64,000 nt of DNA from assembly GCA_964016885.1 (NCBI GenBank), contig OZ024750.1, positions 27,156,001-27,220,000 of the forward strand, given 5' to 3'. The notes under the pieces are model-generated. The model saw only the letters and a list, made by a program, of their open reading frames with translations. It was not told where the DNA came from and did no database searches. This document shows, in pieces, positions 1 through 47,254 of this stretch. This stretch comes from Eledone cirrhosa (lineage: Eukaryota). The translations under genes and the position numbers were made by a program. Position 1 is the stretch's first letter. Each line of letters starts with the position of its first letter.

Positions 1-915
1 ATATTGGATAAATTGGAAAAAATCAGAAAAATTAAAGTATTTATATTAGTTGTAAGAAAGGAAGAAATGAAGGGATAGTATATGACAGATGGCTATTCAA
101 TTTGCTGGTAAACAAGTATATAGAAGGTTTTTAATGAGAATACAATGAGTATATGGCTTATTTTATCTAAATAAGAATTTTGGGGGGTGCCTATTTTAAT
201 CTATATTTGACCAATTGAACAATGGACAGGGCTGGCCGTTTGGTGTAGTAGTATTAATACAGATATAAAGTGTCAAGTAAGGAAGAGAGAGATTTTCACT
301 GCTACTGTATAACAACAATGCTGGTATCCTGCTGGTATATGCATTAGGGAATTGAATTAAGAAATCTCATTTTATCTATTGCAGTTTATATTAAATGGTA
401 AAGAATAGAAGTGTTGATAGAATTAAGACTAATAGAGAATTTTAATATGTATTTTGACAATCAAACGGAGATGGAGACCGGCGTTCAATCCTGGTAGCGT
501 TTGTAATATGAAAATGTAGATTTCAAGCGATGGTTACAGTTTAACGATCGCTCCATTCTGTTATTTAATAAAATATTTTTGGATTTCATAATACAAAATA
601 TTTCCATATTACACAATTTACAAAATTCCTGTCCTTGGTTTATGCAGGGGTTGCACTATTATATCCCATTTTAGGTTAATTTGTTGGTTATTTTAGCGCA
701 GCTGCCAAGCCTTGTCTGCGAGTGTTGCTACATAACGCTGGTTTTCATGTTTTATCGAGTAACGATATCTATAAAGGCGAGATTTGAAGGAGGTAGCTGT
801 AGACCCCACATAGTATCACTTCTGGCTACCTGATTCGATAGTACATTTGTATATGATGTTGCGTTCAAGACACTGATTGTTCAACGGACACATTCCTGGT
901 TGGACACAGTTACAG

Positions 916-954
<39 letters not shown>

Positions 955-956
955 TG

Positions 957-1564
957 TATGTCAGGTCACCAGTTGGTACTACTGGTAACATGTATCCCAG
1001 TACAACCTGTCTAATGGTCGGGTCGTTGGCGACTAAACTGGCAACCCCACCAAGGTTTCTTGGTGAGGAGGGTGACTTTGGACATCCTGCAGAACTAAAA
1101 ACAAAACCTGTCAAAGGGCAAGGGAGCTCTTAAGAGTCAATAGCCATCCAAAATCACCGGGAGAGATGACCCCTTAGCCTTTGTCAAGGCAGAATTCTAG
1201 GAGAAGGAAAACTCTGATATAACACCTGCAACCCTGATGGTATCCAATGATGTTGACTTGTTCTTTTTGGTAAATGTCATCTTGGTTAAGAGAGTGGGAC
1301 TGGCTTTGTGCAATGCCTTTGCTCACTATAAAAGCTTCACAGCACAGGCATTGCTTTATATCTGGAGATCTCTCTGCACTTGTCATCGCATGGTACCATG
1401 GGCCCTGCACTATGTGTCAATAATGGTCACAAGTATAGTCTTTGTACCAGAGTTTTCAAGTCGCTGGCTGGACTAAAAAGTCACATTCGTTCAGCGCATC
1501 GGTAGGGGTTCTCCTACATGTATATAAAGTAGTGGCCGTACTCGAAAACGAGTTGGCAGCCACC
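957..1564 (+). repeat. Dispersed repeat with an RTE-like zinc-finger 3' end; copies at about 57565-58151 and 48776-49063
   Basis: Three near-identical copies in the window; the end translates as CTRVFKSLAGLKSHIRSAH* and is followed by (AT)n. Confidence 0.65.
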
Positions 1565-2178
1565 ATATATATATATATATATATATTGAATAAGAAAATG
1601 CGAAGTAGTTTCAGATGTTAAAGTCCTTTAATGATAATGTTGTGATACATATTTCAATGACGACATTGGCCACATGCTTTCGTGTACCCAGTGCCATGAC
1701 ATCATCAGACAGCTTCTTACATAGTGAGGTTATGTTCCCGAGGCAATCCAAATTGAATCGACAAGGGAACGGACAAAGCCACTGTTCTTGAATCCTTCCC
1801 CGATCCCTTGTGTGTCCCAATTCACCCCCACCGGTTAGCGCAGGCGCAAGTCCGAAGGAAGTTAACCATCCACCACCCAACACTCTACGAAACTCGCCTA
1901 AGCAGGTCCCACTCACACCCCAACCATATCTGTAATATGACATGGTTATAGTTTACTGCTAGTCGCCCTGCCAGTGGCAGTTGACCGACACCTAGTGGTA
2001 GTGGTAGAGTATGAGTTTCAATAGGCCTCGATACTACCCCTAAATTATGCTTGGACAATAGAATTGACTATCACCGGCTAAGAGAATATAAACTTAACTT
2101 TAGATATGGTTTCACAGTGGAAATTATGATTGAAAATTAGAAATTAAAAGTTCACAAGCTAAAATCTTGATTGAAGTA

Positions 2179-2292
<114 letters not shown>

Positions 2293-2425
2293 AATAGGGA
2301 GATGTTTAAATTATAGTAGGAAGTTCTGAAAGGGGATCAATATTACAGATATATTATCTATTTATTGAACGTACAGTAGAACGGATTGTAAACTACAGTA
2401 TGAAACGTAGTAATTAGGCAAATAA

Positions 2426-3475
2426 CACCGTGTAACATATTTTTTGTCCCCGGTTCTAAGTGTCATTTCATGGTTTGTTATATCCCATTATTATAAAAAA
2501 CACTACTATTTAATCAGAAGTTTGTGTTTGTGGTCAGGAGTTTGATATTTCGAAATGTTCATATTTTTCAAGAAAAAAGACATTTAAAAAAAATGTATCA
2601 GTTCATATAATTAAATCAAAAGAGTATATATTTATTTTATCACACAAGCTTATCAAAAGCAAACAAGTAAAAACAAATAACACTTATAAAGCAACTTATA
2701 CACGTCACAAATGACTGGATTCCTTGGATATGCGGCTGTTGTCCAGGTCGCATTCCCGCACTAGCCCCCAGATATAGTCCCCCATCATTTTTTCATTGTA
2801 GTGGCCCTGGTACCCCCGCTCTATCTTTTTCACATCTTGGTGGAATCGTTCGCCTTGTTCTTTTGAGGAGGCGCCCATATTGTCCTTGAATTTTTCCAGA
2901 TGAGCGTCCAGCATATGAAGTTTAAGCGACATCCTGCATCCATGGCGCCAAAAGACTTTATCAGATCCTGCACCAGTTGTTGGTAGTTTTAAGCTCTGTT
3001 CGCTGCTGCCAGTTCTTTCTTTTGTAGTGGTCAGAGGTGGCTCTGCTGTCCCAAAGGCAGAGGAAGCATTGGAATTTGATAAAGCCTCTTTGGAGTCCAA
3101 GCAGGAAACCCACCATCTTGAAGTCTCCAATGATTTCCCAATTGTACTGGTTGTATTGCAGAGCTTCCAAGAGGACTTTCACACTGTAGTAATCTTCCTT
3201 CAGGCAGACTGAATGAGCTAGGGGCAGTGTCGAGAACTTGTTTCCATTGTGGAAGAGGACAGCCTTCAAACTTGTGGTGGAGCTGTCTATAAATAGCCGC
3301 CACTCCTTGGGCACAAACGGCACCCCAATAACGTCAAACAGTCCAGGCACGTCATGGCAGAAACAGAGGCCATCCCTAAGTGTGTAAAAGCCTGAGAAAG
3401 GTTCGTGTCGACTTCTCTGACTTATCACCTGCACTTCCTCCTTGACCAAGTTCCACTGCTTCATCCTGGAGACGA
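2426..3475 (-). mobile_element. Chapaev3-like (CMC superfamily) DNA transposon fragment
   Basis: WRLFIDSS, GDFKMV..LLGLQ.G..KFQCFLCLWDSR, MSLKLH, EQGERFHQD; putative terminus CAC preceded by TAA at 2423-2428. Confidence 0.8.
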
Positions 3476-3879
3476 ATGCTTACAACACAACTTACCCTTT
3501 ATTCAGGGTGCGAAAATCCAGTATCAATAAATCTCTTTAATCCACTTTTTAACAATTTTATACTTTATTGCACTTTTATAATTTTCTATACGGATTACTC
3601 TTTATTTTATAATTTTAATTTAAACTGAAACATATATTAAAAAAAAGCATTTAATATAAGCAAATTAAACTTACATACAACGTAAAATCCAGCATAGAAA
3701 TAATTCTAGTAAATAGCTTAGAATTTTCACAAACCCAAACTTTTAACTGTTTAATAGCTCTTTTTTATTTATTTGGGACCTAAGCAACACAAAAAAAGTG
3801 ATTATCAGCCAGGAACAGAGAAAAAAATATATTAACTATAGTTAATATCTTCTTCTATCATATGAATCAAGACAAAACA

Positions 3880-4410
3880 AAAAGTTCTTCATCCTCAGTG
3901 TATACTGATTAATGTTCCGAGCGATCCTTAGCATTCTCGTGTAGCTCCAATCCACCATCTGAGTAAGTTTCTTGGTCAGTGTGCCAGTCTCAGACCCATA
4001 CAGTAGCACAGACTCCACTACAACAACGAAGAGACGGATCTTCAGGTCTTTACGAAGGTCCGACTTCCACAGCGATCTCAAACTGTGGCACGCCGCCAAC
4101 GCTTTGCTCTTCCTCTCTACCACATCATCTTCTGTATTCCCAATTTGTCCCAGATACAAGAAGTCCTCTAGTGGCTTCCCGTCTACATTAGTAATCTTCT
4201 CTGGCTTCTTAATATTCTCTCCCATATACTTCATCTTAATCTCATTCATTCAAAGCCCCATACTCATCGACACAGTCTCCACCTCCTGAATCAAATACTC
4301 TTCCCCCTTCACTGTGTTTGTCACCAGAACTATATCATCGACAAAGTCACCATTCGATATCTTTTTCGCCTTAACACTGCTGCTCTGGGCCAATGTTACA
4401 GTAAAATGCA
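3880..4410 (-). mobile_element. RTE-like LINE RT C-terminal fragment (copy at about 62890-63270)
   Basis: DFLYLG, KIRLF...VESVLLYGSET.TLT...YTRMLR. Confidence 0.75.
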
Positions 4411-4973
4411 AGTAAGCTAATCCGGAGAAGACAAAGGTGATTAGTTATGCAGATTTATAGCCAATATAGAGAATGTTAATGTGATCAATGCATATAGGTT
4501 GTTAGACTAGCGAACCATGTGATTAAATGTAATGAGAGATAGCTTAACAATTGTATAATAAACAGAGTAAAAACCGTTTTTAAAATGCTGGATTGAATAA
4601 CAAAGATTTATGAATACATGTATATATATTTAATGGCTGACAAGTATGGTAGTGAAAAAACTTTATAACAGCCATTTTGTGTGGCTGCTATAGCGTCCTT
4701 TCACATCTAACCTTTTAATATCAAAATTCCACATTTAAAGAACGTTTTTCACTTCGGTGATATAATTTAATTTATGAATTAATATGTTATGAACAATTTA
4801 TTTTTTGTAAGCTCTGATAATAATAGTAATTTCTAATGGAGTAATATCGATTTATATTCGATGTCCCAACATGTATGTCCATCCTTACTGTGCAATATTT
4901 GAAAAAACTTGTCAGCCATTAAATATATACATATATTTATAAATCTTTGTTATTCTCTCCACCATTTTCAATA

Positions 4974-4999
<26 letters not shown>

Positions 5000-5004
<5 letters not shown>

Positions 5005-6442
5005 TTTAGAAACACACAGATACATGCGGACACACACATATATACATGAATGCATCCGCACCCAACTGTGAGTTAAGGGTGCCAACTTCACCGATGTTGC
5101 TCAATGAATGACTGGGACAGACCAATTCAGTTTGAACCAGACTGAACCAGTATCAGAGTTAAAAATACATTATGAAGAGAGAAGAAACATTTAGATATAA
5201 TTAGTAATAAAATGTATCATACCTAAACTGTTCCTAAATTCCTCGACTACGTAGTTTCGTGGCATAAACAAAAACAATATATCAAAGATATAGAGTCCTT
5301 GCGAGGTCTGCCGACTTATCAAGAGGATACCTCATTTTACTAGTCTCAAGAACGCGTCTACACGACGTGAGAAAGAATCCCAAAAGGCGGAGGGGGAGAT
5401 AGTCACGCGATATAACGGTCGAGAAACAGAGCTAAGCCTCTTATAACCACGAAAAAAATACCACGGAGGCGGAGGGGGTATTCATATCGAGGCCGTAGAA
5501 GAGGTAGTGAAGAAGGCGAGAAGTATGAGTAATGGAAGCTTTCCATTTGTCCCCACACTTCAAAGATTGCTCGACCAGAGGGAGTTATTAATACATTTAG
5601 AAACACACAGATACATGCGGACACACACATATATACATGAATGCATCCGCACCCAACTGTGAGTTAAGGGTGCCAACTTCACCGATGTTGCTCAATGAAT
5701 GACTGGGACAGACCAATTCAGTTTGAACCAGACTGAACCAGTATCAGAGTTAAAAATACATTATGAAGAGAGAAGAAACATTTAGATATAATTAGTAATA
5801 AAATGTATCATACCTAAACTGTTCCTAAATTCCTCGACTACGTAGTTTCGTGGCATAAACAAAAACAATATATCAAAGATATAGAGTCCTTGCGAGGTCT
5901 GCCGACTTATCAAGAGGATACCTCATTTTACTAGTCTCAAGAACGCGTCTACACGACGTGAGAAAGAATCCCAAAAGGCGGAGGGGGAGATAGTCACGCG
6001 ATATAACGGTCGAGAAACAGAGCTAAGCCTCTTATAACCACGAAAAAAATACCACGGAGGCGGAGGGGGTATTCATATCGAGGCCGTAGAAGAGGTAGTG
6101 AAGAAGGCGAGAAGTATGAGTAATGGAAGCTTTCCAGTTGTCCCCACACTTCAAAGATTGCTCGACCAGAGGGAGTTATTAATACTTCTCGACAGTTATA
6201 TCGCGTGACTATCTCCCCCTCCGCCTTTTGGGATTCTTTCTCACGTCGTGTAGACGCGTTCTTGAGACTAGTAAAATGAGGTATCCTCTTGATAAGTCGG
6301 CAGACCTCGCAAGGACTCTATATCTTTGATATATTGTTTTTGTTTATGCCACGAAACTACGTAGTCGAGGAATTTAGGAACAGTTTAGGTATGATACATT
6401 TTATTACTAATTATATCTAAATGTTTCTTCTCTCTTCATAAT
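5000..6442. repeat. Penelope-type pseudo-LTR array: two 591-bp direct units (5000-5590, 5591-6181) plus an inverted partial copy (6186-6442)
   Basis: Near-identical tandem units; the inverted segment matches 5760-6016; each part carries a hammerhead; a related copy lies at about 51700-52580. Confidence 0.85.
6284..6371 (+). ncRNA. Type I hammerhead ribozyme, U3-A8 variant (minus-strand copies at 5240-5327 and 5831-5918)
   Basis: TCCTC-TTGATAA-GT(C)GGCA...TGCCAC-GAAAC-TACGTA-GTC-GAGGA; palindromic stem III. Confidence 0.8.
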
Positions 6443-7507
6443 ATATATATATATATATTTATATATATGTGCCTCATTAAATTGACTTGACAAACCATAA
6501 TTATTTAACACCTTATAACAAGAAATATAATTTTTTAATAGCGGTGATTAATCGAACAGATAACTTTAACATGCACCGGAATTACCTCCCTTAGTACACA
6601 AAGATCTTGACTCCATTTAGTAACACGAAGTAATGGATTTCGATGTTAACATTTTGCTCGTTACCTTGCAGTGTTCATTATTAATTCCTTTGCCTATTTA
6701 ACCGCCTCAGACGAGCCCCATTGGGCGAAACATATGTAAGAGATTTTTATAAATGTGTTTTAACGGCTTGCTTCTCTTTCATCAATGTTTTCGATTATAT
6801 AAATATACATGTATATATACATATATATAAACGGAAAAAATGAAACGAAATTTCATTTCTCACTCTTAGTACGGCTGTTACTTAAATATAATTATATTTA
6901 CAAACAAACCGAGCATTATAATAGATGTTCGGTGAATCCATACGTACATATATATATGTGTGCATGTATGTATATATATATACATACTACTGTACGTCTG
7001 TATACATATTTGTATGTACGTATACATACTTATACATATATATATATACATATAATTGTTCTCATTGTACAACATAATGACGTATTATTTTCGTTTTTTT
7101 CCCGTTCATTGCCAGAGAACGTCTCCATGAACCACCTAATAGAATATTAGTCTACGACTTCTTTTATACCATAAACGTGGTTCTGTCTTTGCGTGTAATT
7201 GTTTTTCACCGCTCCAAATAATGACGTATTATCTTCGTTTTTTTTTCGTTCTTTGCCCGGGAACGTTTCCACGAACCAAAGTATCGTCTTCCTGTCTTCC
7301 TTCGGTTGCAACGTTTTTTGAAATATTTACTTCTGCGTTCACAGATTGACTTTGTTAGTTTCAGAAGATCCCGTTAAGGGTGAAAGCAGCATTATTTGCT
7401 TAAACTTTAATCTGTTATTTTAATAAATATTTGCTCTATTTTATATCTGATATATATTTATCCTTTTCGAGCCCTCTTTGGATTTTAGTCTTCAAATTTA
7501 TTATTAC

Positions 7508-7582
<75 letters not shown>

Positions 7583-7586
<4 letters not shown>

Positions 7587-10467
7587 TGAAAAAGAACAAA
7601 GGAACTATTATGACATTATAACAAGTTTATTGCCGACAGTCGTTTCGTCCGACCATATGGTGGGACTTTTCAAGGCCTATAACAGGTGATTGTAAGTTCA
7701 TTATTTACATCAACGTTTCACTAAAGATTAGCAGTTTGAAATTGTGGTATACATCAGCAGCTCCGCTTGTATATTTGGGGTCTCTATTCTAAGGGGGCTC
7801 TTTTATATTAGTTGTCGGAGTTGTAAAAGGGATAGGTTATGGGGAGTTAAGAGAATTTGAAAAGGGCCTAAGTGTCAGGGATTGAAGGTTAAAAAGGTTA
7901 AAAGACTTGGGATCTCGTAGAAGCACCTTAAAAAATCCCTCAATAAGTGCATAAAGCTTATAAGCCCCAATAAACCTAACAAACCAGAAGAGATTAAGAG
8001 ACTAAAAAAAATAAAAAAATAAAAAAATAAAAATATAAAGTTTCCTAAAAAAATATAAAGTTTCCTAAAAAATTCCTTCGAAAGAAAAAAAATTATATAT
8101 ATATATGAACGAGTAGGACCCCGACGGCTGAGCTCAAGCCGTTTCGACGGCTAATTCTGGACTAGATGGAAATGTTTATCCTGGTACATGAATAGCCGAG
8201 CTTCTCAGGGGGTAATTCCATATATGGTAAAAATGATTGTCACAAGGATTGGTCAAAAGTTTGTTGTTGAGACACATAATTCTATCATGGCATTTTGTGG
8301 AAGGAAGGGGTAGCTGTACTTGCCAGTAGAAGAAAGAAGGCGGGGGAGTGTAGGAAACCCAGTCGTGCGTTGATAGTGCCAACTACAGCAGGATCCTAAG
8401 GATAAAGGTCAAGAAAGTATACTAGGGAGGAGGAGGGGGAGGAAGTCATAAGTAAATCAATATGGAGTAAATATATAGAAGAATAATAAGAATGTTAAAA
8501 ATATAAAAAAACAATTTCTGGTTACTATTCCCTTACCACAATCATCAAGTCTCTCACTGGTACTGCCAAACTATACAAAAGTTTAATAGGTGGGACGGAA
8601 TACTAGATACTAGATTGTAGTGAAAGAATTTTAAGAGTTAGTAGTAATCGTCCAAATCTATCTTACAGTGACAGGTCAACTAGTAGGGGGCCAAATTACT
8701 AAAGAAACTACTACAAAATAATTCAGAATCCCGAAACTCATACGAAATAATAATTCAGAATCCCGAAAATGAATACTAATACGATATATAAAGGTCCCGC
8801 TACGATACAAAAATTCTAATACAAACTACATAAATGCTCGTACGATATATATGAAAAATATGATACGAAAAATTAATTCAGAATCCCCCCCCCCCCAACA
8901 AAAAAATAAATACTGATATACGAGAAACTAAAGCAGAGATACCACTAAGAAATCTAGAAAGCACGGAAATGGGGCAGCCATCGGATAAGAAAGCAAGTAT
9001 CTGCGGTCTATCACATCTGCTATAAAAAGCGGAGTCGACCAATTCTGTCATAGAATAGGGGATGGGGTGGGGTACTGAGGCTACGAAGGACCGAAGAGCT
9101 GCCTCAGGGTGGGCGAGAAAGTGAAAAGGAGGACGACAAAGAAGGAGAACTGGGTGGAAGGACTATGAAGGGATGGGGGGAAGAAGGAAATATAGAGGAA
9201 ACGATAAAAAAATATATAAGATAATCTTACGTCTTCCTTTGCAAGCAGGGGTTACCCATTACAAAGTAGGCAAGTGGGGTGTTACAGTCCTTGTCTACCC
9301 CCCCCCCCCCCTCGGGTCATTATGGGATTTGAGGGCGAGGTAAATCCTACGCAATCTGTGTTTGCATGCAGTTCCCAGTTCGTCTTTCTTGTTTAGGAGT
9401 TGGTCCGTCGAAAACAGCATTTGTAATGTTTCCTCAGAGCATAAATTACACGGACGGCGTCCTCCCGTGTAAGAGTAGGCTCTTGAAAGTAAGCTCCAAG
9501 TGAGATCATAGGTTATATTGTTATCTTTGAGGTCCCAGATGTGGCCCGAAAGTGTGGTGGCGTGACGCCGGGCCGGGTTTCGGAAAGTATGTCTGTGTTG
9601 GTATAGCCAGGTCTTGAAGTCACAAGCGGTTAATCCTATATAAGCTTTGGTGGAGGTGTCCGTCCTCACGTTGCACTGGTAGATCACATTACGATCTCTG
9701 CATCTGTTGTCGAGGGGGCAAATGGATTCATCAGGACAGTTGCACCTCCTGGTCGGCTCTCCACTGTTATTTAGGTTATTTCTTCCATAGGGGTTGACTT
9801 TTTTGTTGTTAGAGGAGACGATGTTTTGTGCAAAGTTAGGTGTGGTGCTGTTTGATGGTATTTTTGTTGATTATGTTGTGGTAGCCGTGTTGTAGTGGGA
9901 AGTGTTTTTCGATGAGCCTAAAGAAGATTTTCCCGATAGGAGTTGTCACCTCGGCGTTGTGGGGGAGGATTGAACCATGTTACGTTGCGTGAGCGGCGGT
10001 GTCGCCTGCTGGTTCCGCTAATGGAAGCTGGACAGTAGGATATTTCCTCCCGGAAGCCACTCCGCTTGAGGGTCTGGTTGTAATAAGGCGCAAGTTCCTC
10101 GAATATCTGCTCATTAGCGGACAAACGAGATATGCGGAGGGAGATGTTTTTAACCAGGTTATTGGTGATGTTTCTAGGATGGTTTGACCGGCAGTGGATG
10201 TAGTGCAGGTTGTCGTTGGGTTTCCTGCATGGGTAGTACAGGTCATTATCGAGGTCAAATGTAACGTCCAGGAAGTTTACTCGGGTTAGGGACGTTTGTA
10301 GGGTTATTTTAAATCCCCAGTCGCGGAAGAAGCTCATTAATTGTTTACGGACCCGGTCTGTACTACTGGGGTTGTACCCTTTAAGGGTAAGGAGCCTATC
10401 ATCACGGTACAATCCACCGCCGAATGCAGGAAACATATTGGTGAGTTTAACTAGTAGGAATAATCCT
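7583..10467 (-). mobile_element. 5'-truncated, frameshifted Penelope-like element with 3' UTR/pLTR
   Basis: ORF pieces 9918-10436 (GGLYRDD, NFLDV, SNHP, TWFNPP) and 9295-9687 (IYQC...YIG...CNLC); hammerhead near the 3' end. Confidence 0.88.
7632..7676 (-). ncRNA. Hammerhead ribozyme, U3-A8 variant
   Basis: GCC-TTGAAAA-GTCC..GGAC-GAAAC-GACT-GTC-GGC. Confidence 0.8.
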
Positions 10468-10585
10468 ATATATATATATATATATATATGTTATCACCAA
10501 AGTAATCACCAAAGTAATCACCAAATTAAACATACGTAAAGGATAAATAAACTGAAATAATCATATATATATATGTATATATATA

Positions 10586-10656
<71 letters not shown>

Positions 10657-10658
<2 letters not shown>

Positions 10659-11400
10659 TGAATGTCGAAGAATTGATAGATCACATTCTTAATGTAGATT
10701 GCGACTTCTAGTCTTATGTTCTTGAAAACTTAAGATATTTACTTCTTCATCCTCTCTAATCGGTCTTTTTTATGTTTGAGTGGGATACACAGGGCATTAT
10801 CGTGATATAATCCTCCGCTTACACCCAGAAAACACTTTTTCATATATCTCACGAGATCGGTCACCTGCTCTGAGTCACTGGATCCCATTGTAATATAGAA
10901 ACTGTACGAACAATCTTTTCCCGTCCTTAGTGTCTTATTATATCTAATTAGTGTCTTCATTGGCGAAGGCACTAATTAGAATTTCGCTTATTACTTCAAT
11001 GACCGACCTGAATTGAGCAATATGTCTGACCGTGACGTCAGTGTTGTAATTCGGTTTGTGATCCTTCAGTATTATCTGCGTTTCTATCGGTTGATAGTGT
11101 TCAATTCAATTTCTACATTACGTCTGGTTACTATCTAATTCATCTCTTCAATTGCCCTATCCAGATTTCACTTTAAAGTCTCTTTTTATATTTCTTACTT
11201 AACTCCCTGTTTATGATTTCGGTGATTCTACTTTATCCATGTTGTATAGGTTATTGGTTTCATCAGCGTTGACAAAGTTGTATCCAATTGTTTCAGTTTA
11301 TTTATATTTTCCGTATGTTTACTTTGGTGATTTTGTTCTCTGCAAAGATACCTAGTTAATGTATGTTAGAAATGTATGTTAGAAATTTCCTTCAAATGTG
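10657..11400 (-). mobile_element. Degenerate Penelope-like RT fragment (paralogous copy at 63468-63994)
   Basis: YITMGSSDSEQVTDLV...GGLYHDN. Confidence 0.75.
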
Positions 11401-11646
11401 TATTTTCTGGCGTGATATTGCTAGACTTAAATTGAAACGTCAATACATGCGCATTTAAAAGAACATCAAGGAACGGAAATTTTCACTAACATGAGGAAAC
11501 TAGAATTTGATAGCGCACAAATTGTAGTTTGAATTCAAATACAAAAACATACACATATAATCACACACAAACACACACACGCCCGCGCACACACACGCCC
11601 CCCCCCCCCCACACACACACACATGCACACACACACACACAGATTT

Positions 11647-11678
<32 letters not shown>

Positions 11679-11836
11679 TAAAAAAATAATGAATAAAACA
11701 ATGAAACAGTTCCTTATATTAAACAAAAAAAGTTCATTATTTAACGATCGTTTCTAGGACATATATGTGTTAGAATTGGCATGCATATTCAACAGATCTA
11801 TGTACAAAATTAGATATATATATATGTAGATTTATC

Positions 11837-11881
<45 letters not shown>

Positions 11882-12166
11882 AAGGTGTGGTAAGATTCCA
11901 AGTGGCGTACAGTTCTAGCTGTCGAAGTGGCCCGAGCTCAGGCGTTACACCCCTGACACTTTTACTATATATATATATATATATATATGAAAATGTTCAA
12001 GACCCCCGACGGCAGAGCTAAGCCGTTTCGTCGGCTATTTCCGTCGAAACGGCCTGAGCTCTGCCGTCGGGGTCTTGAACATTTTCCTATTACCCACTCT
12101 ACTACACAAAGTATTGAATATTCTGGTGCGTTATGATTCACCTAGTTCCTTTTCACATTTCCTTAG

Positions 12167-12242
<76 letters not shown>

Positions 12243-12247
12243 GCAAC

Positions 12248-12309
<62 letters not shown>

Positions 12310-12644
12310 TAATAATAATTTATTTGTTGTTAAATTTAAGAATATCAGTTATAAATAACACAGAAACTGATAAGTAGTGTTACATTTTTTTATATTTTTG
12401 AAAGTAATTTTGCTACTTATATTGATCGTTACGTCCACATGTTTTCGGAAAATTATATTCAAATATAATGTCTCGGTATCATGTAGTGTATCGATATAAT
12501 ATTCAATACTCGTATACATTTTCATTCGTTTGTCATAATCTTAAAATTATTGATATGGTATAAAATTGTATAGTTGTTATCTCATTTATATCTGTATGTA
12601 CATAATGATATCTCCAACATTATTATCTATACTGATTATTTCAG

Positions 12645-44773
<32,129 letters not shown>

Positions 44774-45178
44774 CAATTCCAAGGTTAAATATTCTATGGA
44801 CATAGAAAATGAGATGTGATGTTGATCGTGATCTTAGCAAATGGTGTGTTGTTGGTGGTGAACTAACAAATTTCCTTTTCGTTTGGAAAATTGGTCATAA
44901 CTCAGAAATATGAAATATATGACATAAGTATAGACTTTATTTTGTTTTAGTCTTAATTTTGAACAAAAAGGATAGACCATATTTCCCGGCGTCGAAGACG
45001 GTACTTTTTTTCCCTAAAATAGGTCTCAAAAATTTACCATGCGTCCTGTAGGCCGAAGGCTGCTTATTATTTTTTTTTCAAATTTTTGGTTGTTAAAATT
45101 AGGGTGCGTACTCGAGGACGAAGCGTCTCCGGCGCCGGGAAATATGGTAATTCAAACTGTTGTGAATTATTTTCTCTG

Positions 45179-45220
<42 letters not shown>

Positions 45221-45257
45221 GTATATATCTATATATATATGTATATATGTATATATT

Positions 45258-45346
<89 letters not shown>

Positions 45347-45442
45347 ATAATAAGTTACCATTTAAGGTAATCCAGTTAGAGGTTGTTAATACTGTAAATA
45401 AAACCCTTTTTGTACAGCCAACCATGTAATTCTTTACTCTTT

Positions 45443-45501
<59 letters not shown>

Positions 45502-45999
45502 GCGAATATAATCAAAATTCTAACTTTTAAGTACAAAAATTAGGGTTATTTATACAGCTATCCACCTTACATACCAACATATACGGTACACCTTTTAACT
45601 ACAATATATTGGTATCAATATTAGAGAGATATCGAGGGATAGTGATTGGTAGAATTAGTAAAGCACCGTATAAGATGCCATTGCAGGATTATTCTGGCTC
45701 TTTACAGTCAGATCTTAAGGTAAACTTTCCTTCTTCCTACTGGAGTCTAGAAAATTAAGTTCCAGTTATGCTTTGGGTTTATTTAATCAACGTTACCTTT
45801 CTCTCCTTCATTCCGTTTCGGTAAACAACTGGTGTTTATTTCATTAACTTTGTTCTTCCCTAAATATGCAGGTCTTGAGCCTAAATTAGAGATACATTTA
45901 AATGTCATGACTCACTGTAACTTAACCCTTTAGCTTTTAAACATGCCATATCCGGCTAGAATTCTCTCACTTCTTTCTGTTCAAACCGGCCATAACCGG

Positions 46000-46745
46000 C
46001 CACTGATATCGGAGGTCAAGGCCACCATATCTAATAGGTAAAATCGTCTGTTGACATCCAATGTCATCAAACCTGCCGCTCGGATACAAGTATCGAGGTC
46101 AGCGAGGAGAGATGCGTGGCTGTAACACGGAGCGTTGCGAAGGGTATAGAGGAGCTCGGCATGGAGAAGCAGTTCCTTAATAGGAAGAGGGCTGGGTGGC
46201 CGTCAACCAATCCCAGTCGGCTCGTGAGGGTCTTGAGCTGCTGGAGCCTGTACCTGATGGTGGAGTTGATGGCCGGCGGATGGATCGGTGACCCGAGGAT
46301 GAGGACATCCTCTTTGGGGGTCACCTGTACCTGGTGGAGAATGGACCGCACGTCCGAGACGGAGGCTGTTAAGGTATTGTTCTCAAAATAGATAATATCA
46401 AAATCTCATAGATTCGATATTATGTGAGATAATCATGTAAGGTAAAGCCTTTATTGCGACAATACAATAGTAAATATAGAGAAATGCAAATGGTTAAGGT
46501 TTAACAAAGATGCTGATAGTGGGGAAAGAGTCATTCTCTCTTATATACACATATATACACCATGTCCGAACAGAAAAGGACCAAACTTCTTCCGCTGTCT
46601 CTGTCTTCATATATCCCGCTCTTCCCATCTCTCATTATTGTGAACAAATGGGGACCCAGGCGCTGGCCGCCTCGTGGCACCGGCGGACAGAACAGAGAAG
46701 GCATTTCCGCGAAGGATGGTCACGGAGACGCGCTGAAAAAGTTGA
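46000..46745 (-). mobile_element. CRE-clade fragments (further piece at about 48095-48285)
   Basis: ILGSPI...LLRNCFSMP; C-terminal QRVSVTILRGNA. Confidence 0.65.
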
Positions 46746-47254
46746 TCTAGAGAATACACGAGACCAAATAACTTCCTCTCTTCTTAATATTTATATTTAA
46801 TGGTATCACTCTTCCAGAAGATTGGCTGGACACGCTTGGGGATGCAGTCGCATCAATTGGAGAGAGTTGCTTCTCACACGACCCACTGGAAGGAGTGTTT
46901 GAGGACTCTGCCTCCAAGACCCTCTCAGGAATAAGTGGGATGAGGAGGAGGAGAGGATTCTCATTGAATATAAAGTAGTTGAACATCCTACAGACATATG
47001 TAAAATATTCTTAATTCTCAGGGAGATTCAGCGTGATTCAGTGTGGGACAAGACTGGTTCTCTGATTTACAGGTATCATAAGTACAAATCACTTTCATGA
47101 GTTTCCTAACCATTTCCAACTCCCCATTGTTTCTCACAAGGCATGGGTTCACACGAGGCTATGTTCACTGATATTTGCTTGTTGCAAAGCGAACGTTTTA
47201 ACTATACGTCCATTTGTTATGACCACTTAGGTCATATATGGTTTTTTATATAGG

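Noticed and set aside
6706-6740. Hammerhead-like CAGACGA-GCCC-CATT-GGGC-GAAAC-ATAT-GTA (similar decayed motifs at about 7360, 15850, 34340 and 51500)
   Set aside because: Core substitutions and weak stem I; probably dead copies, so not listed as features.
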